Assembly: GCA_028689585.1 (NCBI GenBank)
Contig: JAQVCW010000009.1
Coordinates: forward strand, 14,314 to 38,313
Reading direction: 5' to 3'
DNA length: 24,000 bases
Origin: Lachnospiraceae bacterium
GTDB taxonomy: Bacteria > Bacillota > Clostridia > Lachnospirales > Lachnospiraceae
Part shown: in pieces, positions 15,653 through 21,835 of the stretch
How the letters are laid out: the number at the start of each line of letters is the position of its first letter
How positions within the stretch are numbered: position 1 is the first letter of the stretch
Made by a program: the position numbers and the translations under genes
Notes under the pieces: model-generated
The model's database searches: none
What the model was told of the DNA's origin: nothing
The model's input: the letters and a program-made list of their open reading frames with translations, nothing else

Positions 15653-16366
15653 TTATACGTTCTTGTTAACGATTCTGGTTTCATAGGTGCCGGACGCGTA
15701 ATCCAGAAAACGGACGAAGAGGGAGACTTTATTTTCTTCGTCCAGGCTGGTCCAGACTTTATCCGTAAAGGTATCTATGTCACCTGTGATCTCTACCAGT
15801 GTGGGTTCGCCTTCGTAGCTTGGAAGAGGATTGCCGTCACCCATATAGGTGTGGATAAAATGTCCTTCTCCTGCTTTTGGATTGCTGTAGGCATAGGTAA
15901 AGCGGAGGCATTCGTCCGGATCGCCGTTATTGCTTTTCAGGATAGACAGGGCATAATGAAACCCTTCTGTTTCACTGCGGACAATGCCGGAGATACGAGG
16001 TGTATAATTCGGGGCATCCGGCTCGAAGGTGCGGGTGCGCAATGCCTGCTCAAAGGTAAGCTGTGTATCCATTTTTTCGTAAATAGTGTCGGTCTGGTCA
16101 CCGTTTGTTACGATGGTCTTGTTGCCAAGGACTCTCACCGGAGCGTAGATAATGAGAGAGGGATCCTCCAGTTTGCCCGGATCAAATGCCTGTGTGCGGA
16201 TACCTTCTCCATCTTCTGTAAATACACGGTTTCTGGAATTGGCGCTTCTGCCCATGATGAAATAGGCCATGACGGCCTTGCTTCCGTCTTCACTTCTTCC
16301 AAGCACAATTCCTCTGCCGGGGTATGCGTTGTTTTTGAGATCTTCATACAGGGATACTTTTTTCAT
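15653..16366 (-). CDS. purO: archaeal-type IMP cyclohydrolase (PurO family)
   Basis: 237 aa with RBS AAAGGAGAA upstream. The pattern YPGRGIVLGRSEDGSKAVMAYFIMGRSANSRNR...VTNGDQTDTI resembles PurO (Y.GR....GR..G....AY....RS...R ... NG..TDTI). Adjacent to and co-directional with the AICARFT-only purH. Confidence 0.82.
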   Translation of the reverse strand: MKKVSLYEDLKNNAYPGRGIVLGRSEDGSKAVMAYFIMGRSANSRNRVFTEDGEGIRTQAFDPGKLEDPSLIIYAPVRVLGNKTIVTNGDQTDTIYEKMDTQLTFEQALRTRTFEPDAPNYTPRISGIVRSETEGFHYALSILKSNNGDPDECLRFTYAYSNPKAGEGHFIHTYMGDGNPLPSYEGEPTLVEITGDIDTFTDKVWTSLDEENKVSLFVRFLDYASGTYETRIVNKNV

Positions 16367-16473
16367 ACGGATTCTCCTTTTCTTTGAAAAACGAAAATGT
16401 TCAGACCGAAGCTATGGAGAAAAAACAATAACAGTTCTCATAGCTGCTGCGGCCAGGTGTCTGCTGATCGCAC

Positions 16474-16578
16474 AAAAAACGCCTGAACACAGTTCATAAG
16501 GAATAAACGGTGCCCAGGCGGTCGGCTCATATACTAACGTGCTCCCTGTGGTTCATCCACTTCCGCCGGTCACACGTA
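16474..16578 (-). promoter_or_regulatory. ZTP (pfl-motif) riboswitch with terminator expression platform
   Basis: The reverse strand reads GUGACCGGCGGAAGUGGAUGAACCACAGGGAGC ... GAGCCGACCGCCUGGGCACCG. This matches the two conserved ZTP subdomains, including the CCGCCUGGGCA pseudoknot element. The CGCCUGGGCAC segment can instead pair with the downstream GUGUUCAGGCG, which is followed by UUUUUU (16479..16474). It sits in front of purO-purH, a classic ZTP regulon. Confidence 0.85.
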
Positions 16579-16585
16579 TATTTTT

Positions 16586-16614
16586 ATAATAGATTAAAAT
16601 ATTGGTTTTGGCAA
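16586..16614 (-). promoter_or_regulatory. putative sigma-A promoter driving the ZTP riboswitch and purO-purH
   Basis: On the reverse strand: TTGCCA (16614..16609), 17-nt spacer, TATTAT (16591..16586). Confidence 0.5.
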
Positions 16615-16685
16615 GAGGAAACTTTAATTAAAATGAAAAAGGCGAAAAAATAAATAAATTCCTGTGGCAGCTTTGGCAGTCTTAA

Positions 16686-16714
16686 TTGATTTTGCATCAG
16701 CCCTAGTATATAAT
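16686..16714 (+). promoter_or_regulatory. putative sigma-A promoter of the DUF1846 gene
   Basis: TTGATT (16686-16691), 17-nt spacer, TATAAT (16709-16714). Confidence 0.5.
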
Positions 16715-16750
16715 AGCTGTAAAAAGCGTCCGCATCCCGGAGGCAGAGGT

Positions 16751-16795
16751 AAAAGAAAAACAGAAAAGAAAAACAGAAAAGAAAAACGAAAGAAT
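16751..16795. repeat. purine-only 13-nt tandem repeat in the DUF1846 leader
   Basis: AAAAGAAAAA CAGAAAAGAAAAA CAGAAAAGAAAAA CGAAAGAA: about 3.5 head-to-tail copies ending at the RBS GAGGA. Confidence 0.85.
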
Positions 16796-16813
16796 TGAGG
16801 AATGAAAGAAAAG

Positions 16814-18292
16814 ATGAAAACAGGATTTGATAATGAAAAGTATCTGAAAATACAGTCGGAACACATCAAGGAGCGGATTGCCCAGTTTGGCGACAAGCTG
16901 TATCTTGAATTCGGCGGGAAGCTGTTTGATGATTTTCATGCAGCCCGGGTACTGCCCGGATTTGCTCCGGACAGCAAATTGCAAATGCTGCTGCAGTTGT
17001 CGGATATGGCGGAAATTGTGATCGTAATCAGTGCAGTGGATATTGAAAAAAATAAAGTCCGCGGAGATCTGGGTATTACCTATGATATTGATGTGCTGCG
17101 TCTGATCGGTGAATTTGAAAAAAAGGGACTTTATGTAGGCAGCGTGGTGATCACTCATTTCGCCGGTCAGAGCGGAGCCAGTCAGTTTAAGGCCCGGCTG
17201 GAGAAAAAGAATATCAAGGTATATCTTCATTATATCATAGAAGGGTATCCGTCCAATATCCCGCTGATCGTCAGTGAGGAAGGGTTTGGCAAAAATGATT
17301 ATATAGAAACTGACCGTCCGCTGGTGGTGGTCACAGCTCCGGGACCTGGCAGCGGAAAAATGGCTACCTGTCTTTCTCAACTGTACCATGAGAACATGCG
17401 GGGAGTAAAAGCGGGCTACGCCAAGTTTGAGACATTCCCGATCTGGAATATATCGCTGAAGCATCCTGTGAATCTGGCCTATGAGGCGGCTACTGCAGAT
17501 CTGAACGATATCAATATGATTGATCCATTTCATCTGGAGGCCTATGGAAAGACAGCGGTCAATTACAACCGCGATATCGAGATTTTTCCGGTGCTGAATG
17601 CGATTTTTGAAGGTATTTATGGAGAAAACACTTACTATAAATCACCGACGGATATGGGCGTCAATATGGTTGGCAACTGTATTTTCGATGATGAAGCCTG
17701 CTGTGAAGCATCCAAGATGGAGATTATCCGGAGATATTATACGGTGCTGAATAAAGTAGTTAAAGAAGAGGCATCCGAAAATGAAGTGTATAAAATTGAA
17801 CTGCTGATGAAGCAGGCGAAGATTACCACAGACAGACGTCAGGTAACCGTAGCGGCCAAAAAGAGGGCGGAAGAATCCGGTGTGCCCACAGCAGCGATTG
17901 AACTGGCAGACGGCCGGATCATCACATCAAAGACAAGTGAACTTTTAGGCGCCTCCGCGGCACTGCTTTTGAATGCTCTGAAATATCTGGCAGGAGTGGA
18001 TCATGAGAAAAAACTGATCCGTCCGGAAGCGATCGTGCCGATCCAAAATCTGAAGGTGTCTTACCTGGGAGGAAGAAATCCCAGACTTCACACCGATGAA
18101 GTTCTGATTGCCCTGGCCCTGGCTACCTGTGTGGATGAAAATGCGCAGAAAGCGATGGAGCAGCTTCCGGCTCTTCGCGGATGCCAGGTACATACTTCAG
18201 TTATGCTCTCCGAAGCGGACATTAAGATTTTCAAGAGACTGGGAGTGGATCTGACCAGTGAGCCGGTACGGAATGGACTGAGGCTGTACTGA
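16814..18292 (+). CDS. DUF1846 / UPF0371 family protein (function unknown)
   Basis: ORF 16802..18292. ATG 16814 is better spaced from GAGGA (16796-16800) than ATG 16802. Near-colinear with streptococcal UPF0371 proteins as I recall them: LYLEFGGKLFDDFHAARVLPGF, VVTAPGPGSGK, GYAKFETFPIWN, HPVNLAYEAATADL and RDIEIFPVL. Confidence 0.85.
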   Translation: MKTGFDNEKYLKIQSEHIKERIAQFGDKLYLEFGGKLFDDFHAARVLPGFAPDSKLQMLLQLSDMAEIVIVISAVDIEKNKVRGDLGITYDIDVLRLIGEFEKKGLYVGSVVITHFAGQSGASQFKARLEKKNIKVYLHYIIEGYPSNIPLIVSEEGFGKNDYIETDRPLVVVTAPGPGSGKMATCLSQLYHENMRGVKAGYAKFETFPIWNISLKHPVNLAYEAATADLNDINMIDPFHLEAYGKTAVNYNRDIEIFPVLNAIFEGIYGENTYYKSPTDMGVNMVGNCIFDDEACCEASKMEIIRRYYTVLNKVVKEEASENEVYKIELLMKQAKITTDRRQVTVAAKKRAEESGVPTAAIELADGRIITSKTSELLGASAALLLNALKYLAGVDHEKKLIRPEAIVPIQNLKVSYLGGRNPRLHTDEVLIALALATCVDENAQKAMEQLPALRGCQVHTSVMLSEADIKIFKRLGVDLTSEPVRNGLRLY

Positions 18293-18332
18293 TTTTTCAT
18301 GTTTGTCAGCAGTATCACAAATTTTATCGTGA

Positions 18333-18633
18333 GTTATGATTCACAGCAGACGCGGCATGCCTGCCAGGGCATCTGACCGTCTGGCACAGGAAAAGACCGC
18401 GCAGCACTGTTTCGGAGTCCAAGAGCATCTATGCTCTCTGAAATGCAGCTCAGACAGGAATAAGAGAGCCTGACTCGCCACAGGCTCAGACAAAGGCTCT
18501 CTTATTCCATCGCCGCATTCCAGAGAGCAAGATGCTTAGAACTCCTGCAAATGTGCGGCTGCGGTCTTTCACGTGCCAGACGGTCAGATGCTCTGGCAGG
18601 CATGTCGCTGTTAATTGGCCGTGAATGGTAATC
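18333..18633. repeat. ~300-bp imperfect palindrome (arms ~130-140 nt), MITE-like, flanked by the 8-bp direct repeat TATCGTGA
   Basis: Arms pair around a centre at ~18480. For example, 18356-18387 is the reverse complement of 18573-18604 with 1 mismatch in 32, and GGAATAAGAGAGCC pairs with GGCTCTCTTATTCC at the apex. The termini GTTATGATTCAC and GTGAATGGTAATC are inverted. TATCGTGA occurs at 18325-18332 and 18634-18641. Confidence 0.7.
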
Positions 18634-18662
18634 TATCGTGAACTTTTCAGGAGAAAAAGTGG

Positions 18663-18690
18663 TTGACAATAAAAAAAAGTATGCTATAAT
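18663..18690 (+). promoter_or_regulatory. putative sigma-A promoter of the metal-resistance operon
   Basis: TTGACA (18663-18668), 16-nt spacer, TATAAT (18685-18690). Confidence 0.6.
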
Positions 18691-18703
18691 TCAATTATAA
18701 AAC

Positions 18704-18723
18704 ATATGAACAATTATTCATAT
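18704..18723. promoter_or_regulatory. ArsR/SmtB-type operator (12-2-12-like inverted repeat)
   Basis: ATATGAACAATTATTCATAT, with arms ATATGAA / TTCATAT. It contains the TGAACA..TATTCA core described for SmtB/CzrA/CadC-type operators and lies 14 nt downstream of the -10. Confidence 0.6.
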
Positions 18724-18747
18724 AAAATAAGAGAGGATGAGACAAAT

Positions 18748-18966
18748 ATGAAAAAAACATACAAAATTGAAGTTGACTGTGCAAACTGTGCGAATAAGAT
18801 GGAAGAGGCTGCAAAGAAAACAGAAGGTGTAAAGGATGCTGCTGTGAATTTCATGATGCTAAAGATGGCGGTGGAATTCGAAGAAGGACAGAATCCTGAG
18901 ACAGTAATGAAAGATGTTCTGAAAAACTGTAAAAAAGTAGAAGATGACTGCGAAATTTATTTATAG
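18748..18966 (+). CDS. small heavy-metal-associated (HMA) domain protein
   Basis: ORF 18706..18966. I prefer ATG 18748 (MKKTYKIEVDCANCANKMEE...), which follows GAGAGGA. Ferredoxin-like HMA fold pattern with a DCANCA metal motif in place of GMxCxxC. 72 aa. Confidence 0.8.
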   Translation: MKKTYKIEVDCANCANKMEEAAKKTEGVKDAAVNFMMLKMAVEFEEGQNPETVMKDVLKNCKKVEDDCEIYL

Positions 18967-19007
18967 GAACATTAAAAATTAGGTAAACGAAACACAGACA
19001 GTTGAAA

Positions 19008-19083
19008 GTCATGCAATGAAAATCATGCAATAAAAGTCATGCAATAAAAGTTATGCAATAAGAATTATGCGGTTGAAAATCAC
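19008..19083. repeat. 14-bp tandem repeat, 5 full copies plus a partial one
   Basis: gtcatgcaatgaaa / atcatgcaataaaa / gtcatgcaataaaa / gttatgcaataaga / attatgcggttgaa / aatcac. Located between the HMA stop and the ATPase RBS. Confidence 0.9.
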
Positions 19084-19114
19084 AAAAAAATAAGCTGAAA
19101 AAGCAGGTGACAAA

Positions 19115-20983
19115 TTGAACAAGAAACAGAAAAAGGTTTTATTTCGAATTATTTTAGCGGCTGTACTTATTGCTGTACTCAGCTTCCTTCCATTGAAAGG
19201 ATATTTGAAATTCGGGCTGTTTATGGTGCCTTATCTGGTCATTGGATACGATATTCTGATAAAAGCAGGAAAAGGTATTTTGAACCGGCAGGTATTTGAT
19301 GAAAATTTCCTGATGGCGGTAGCTACGGTGGGAGCGATCATTCTGGGAGATTATAAAGAAGGCGTAGCGGTTATGCTGTTCTACCAGATAGGGGAGCTGT
19401 TCCAAAGCTATGCGGTGGGCAGAAGCAGAAGAAATATCAGTGAGCTGATGGACATCCGCCCGGACTATGCAAATGTGGAACAGAACGGAACGCTGGAAAA
19501 GGTGGATCCGGATGAAGTGAAAACAGGTTCGATTATCGTAGTTCAGCCGGGGGAAAAGGTTCCTATTGACGGAATTATCACAGAAGGTACCTCATCCTTA
19601 AATACAAGCGCACTGACTGGTGAGAGCCTGCCAAGAGAAGCCGGAGTGGGAGATGAGATCATCAGCGGCTGCATTAATATGACCGGTGTGCTGAAGATCC
19701 GCACTACAAAAGAGTTTGGCGAATCAACGGTTTCCAAAATCCTGGATATGGTAGAGAATGCCAGCTCGAAAAAATCCAGATCTGAGAATTTTATTTCCAG
19801 ATTTGCCCGGATTTATACGCCGGCCGTCTGCTATGGAGCAGTGGCGCTGGCCGTTCTTCCGCCGCTGGTTCGTATGCTGGCTATGGGGCTGACACCGGAG
19901 TGGGGAGACTGGATTTACCGTGCACTTACTTTTCTGGTTATTAGCTGCCCCTGCGCACTGGTTATCAGCATTCCTCTCAGCTTTTTTGCAGGAATTGGCG
20001 GTGCCAGCAGGGAAGGTGTGCTGGTAAAGGGTTCCAACTATCTGGAAATTTTATCTCAGGTGAAGTATGTGGTATTTGATAAGACTGGAACTATGACCCA
20101 GGGCGTATTTGAGGTCAATGGCATTCATCACAACGAACTGGATAAAGAAACACTGCTGGAGTATGCTGCATTGGCGGAAAGCGCTTCTTCCCATCCTATC
20201 AGCGTCAGTCTGAAAAAGGCCTATGGAAAAGCAATTGACCGGACCAGAGTAGAGGATATCAAAGAAATCAGCGGAAATGGAGTCACTGCAAACGTGGATG
20301 GAAAGTCCGTTGCGGTGGGCAATACAAAACTGATGGAGTCACTTGGAGTTGCGTATAAAGATTGTCACCAGGTGGGGACGATCGTTCATATTGCGATAGA
20401 TGGAGCCTATGCGGGCCATATTCTGATCTCCGATACGATAAAGGCGCATGCGAAAGAAGCTATTTTGGCACTGCATAAGGCGGGAATTGCCAATACAATC
20501 ATGCTGACCGGTGACCGGAAAAATGTGGCGGATTATGTGGCAGAGGAACTGGGGATCCAAACCGTCTACAGCGAGCTGCTTCCGGCAGATAAGGTGACAA
20601 AGGTGGAAGAACTTCTGGAACGCAAAGAAGGAAAAGAAAAGCTGGCCTTTGTGGGAGACGGCATCAATGATGCGCCGGTATTGTCCAGAGCGGATATTGG
20701 AATAGCGATGGGAGCGCTTGGCTCCGATGCGGCAATTGAAGCGGCGGATGTGGTACTGATGGACGATGATCCGTTAAAAATCTCCAAAGCAATCCGGATT
20801 TCCAAAAAGTGTGTCCGGATCGTTTATGAAAACATCTATTTTGCAATCGGGATCAAGATCATCTGCCTGATTTTGGGGGCTCTTGGGATAGCAAATATGT
20901 GGCTGGCGATTTTTGCGGATGTAGGCGTCATGGTAATCGCAGTTCTGAATGCGATACGGGCATTATTTGTAAAAAAACTGTAG
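19115..20983 (+). CDS. cadA: P1B-2-type heavy-metal (Cd/Zn/Pb-type) translocating P-type ATPase without a fused HMA domain
   Basis: 622 aa with a TTG start after AGGTGA (19105-19110). Motifs: SCPCALVISIP (CPCx4SxP), FDKTGTMT, SSHP, MLTGD, GDGINDAP and a C-terminal TM segment ADVGV (DxG). These are the signatures described for Zn/Cd/Pb pumps. Confidence 0.9.
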   Translation: MNKKQKKVLFRIILAAVLIAVLSFLPLKGYLKFGLFMVPYLVIGYDILIKAGKGILNRQVFDENFLMAVATVGAIILGDYKEGVAVMLFYQIGELFQSYAVGRSRRNISELMDIRPDYANVEQNGTLEKVDPDEVKTGSIIVVQPGEKVPIDGIITEGTSSLNTSALTGESLPREAGVGDEIISGCINMTGVLKIRTTKEFGESTVSKILDMVENASSKKSRSENFISRFARIYTPAVCYGAVALAVLPPLVRMLAMGLTPEWGDWIYRALTFLVISCPCALVISIPLSFFAGIGGASREGVLVKGSNYLEILSQVKYVVFDKTGTMTQGVFEVNGIHHNELDKETLLEYAALAESASSHPISVSLKKAYGKAIDRTRVEDIKEISGNGVTANVDGKSVAVGNTKLMESLGVAYKDCHQVGTIVHIAIDGAYAGHILISDTIKAHAKEAILALHKAGIANTIMLTGDRKNVADYVAEELGIQTVYSELLPADKVTKVEELLERKEGKEKLAFVGDGINDAPVLSRADIGIAMGALGSDAAIEAADVVLMDDDPLKISKAIRISKKCVRIVYENIYFAIGIKIICLILGALGIANMWLAIFADVGVMVIAVLNAIRALFVKKL

Positions 20984-20997
20984 AGAGCCTTGAGTTA

Positions 20998-21022
20998 CAA
21001 GAGTGTGCAGAGCACACTCTTG
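20998..21022 (+). terminator. perfect 11-bp hairpin right after the ATPase stop (weak or partial terminator)
   Basis: CAAGAGTGTGC-aga-GCACACTCTTG followed by TTCTTGT. The T-tract is poor, so read-through into the repressor gene is likely. Confidence 0.4.
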
Positions 21023-21322
21023 TTCTTGTATAGGTAAGTACGCCTATACAAGAACAGCCTTCGGCATATGGATGCGCAGCTACGCGCGCGGAACGAAAGC
21101 TGTGCTGCCGGAAAAACTGGCTTGCGGGATGCGCGAAGCACACTTTCGTTCTCGTATAGGAAAATGCCCTATACGAGAACAGCCTTCGGCATATGGATGC
21201 GCAGCTACGCGCGCGGAACGAAAGCTGTGCTGCCGGAAAAACTGGCTTGCGGGATGCGTGAAGCACACTTTCGTTCTTGTATAGGTAAATGCGCCTATAC
21301 GAGAACAGCCTTCGGCATGTGG
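21012..21322 (+). repeat. ~125-bp tandem repeat, 2.5 copies (starts at 21012, 21138 and 21263), hairpin-rich
   Basis: Direct reading shows units 126 and 125 bp long and nearly identical. Each carries a 13-bp stem GTTCTYGTATAGG-(7-8 nt)-CCTATACRAGAAC, a GCC-TTC-GGC hairpin, a GCCGG-AAAAA-CTGGC hairpin and a long-range stem CGAAAGcTGTGC / GCACACTTTCG. Confidence 0.9.
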
Positions 21323-21352
21323 AAAAATAATCAAGAAAGAAAAGGTGAAAAA

Positions 21353-21709
21353 ATGACAGAAGAACTGGAAAAATGCAGCAGTATAGAAATTCATGAGGAT
21401 TTGCTGAAAATTGTAAATGAGACGATGCCGGAGGAAACGGAGCTCTATGATCTGGCTGAATTATTTAAAGTATTTGGTGATTCTACCAGAATACGGATTC
21501 TGTTTGTCCTGTTTGAAGCGGAGGTATGTGTGTGCGATCTGGCGGCAGCGCTGAATATGACTCAGTCTGCTATCTCGCATCAATTGAAGATTCTTAAGCA
21601 GAGTAAACTGGTGAAGAACAGAAGAGAAGGAAAGTCCGTTTTTTATTCTCTGGCAGATGACCATGTCAGAACGATCATCGACCAGGGACGGGAGCATATC
21701 GAGGAATAA
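21353..21709 (+). CDS. ArsR/SmtB-family metal-sensing repressor (CadC/CzrA-like)
   Basis: 118 aa from ATG 21353, after AAAGGTGA. Contains ELFKVFGDSTRIRILFVL, the CVCDL alpha3 metal-site motif and the HTH LNMTQSAISHQLKILK. The ORF-track version (21068..) extends into the repeat array and is not credible. Confidence 0.88.
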   Translation: MTEELEKCSSIEIHEDLLKIVNETMPEETELYDLAELFKVFGDSTRIRILFVLFEAEVCVCDLAAALNMTQSAISHQLKILKQSKLVKNRREGKSVFYSLADDHVRTIIDQGREHIEE

Positions 21710-21835
21710 ATGTGAGGAAAATGTGAGGAATAATGCATAAATAACTGGAAAATAAAACGGGATAGCAGTATACTATAGAATAGTAATTGACAGTAGAGAG
21801 AACCGGTGCTTTACGAAAGAAAGGGACTTCATCTT

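Noticed and set aside
14428-16387. + strand ORFs 14428-14955 and 15644-16387 opposite purH and purO
   Set aside because: They are shadow ORFs of well-supported reverse-strand genes. The first would also run through the bidirectional terminator.
16703-17533. 276-aa reverse-strand ORF opposite the DUF1846 gene
   Set aside because: It is an antisense shadow. The + strand frame is colinear with the UPF0371 family over its whole length.
18337-18474. 45-codon ORF (MIHSRRGMPARASDRL...) inside the palindromic element
   Set aside because: It has no convincing RBS and its sequence is dictated by the hairpin arm. The mirror arm does not preserve a frame.
21003-21352. ORFs reading through the 125-bp repeats, including an in-frame N-terminal extension of the ArsR/SmtB gene from 21068
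   Set aside because: The translated sequence is repeat-derived and Arg/Cys/Ala-rich. The 125-bp period is not a multiple of 3, and no RBS is present. ATG 21353 has a good RBS and gives a normal-length ArsR/SmtB protein.
21701-21734. Perfect 11-bp tandem duplication AATGTGAGGAA x2 at the repressor stop codon (GAGGAATAA recurs at both ends)
   Set aside because: It is real but tiny. It most simply reflects slipped-strand duplication of the gene's 3' end, and no function can be argued from the sequence.
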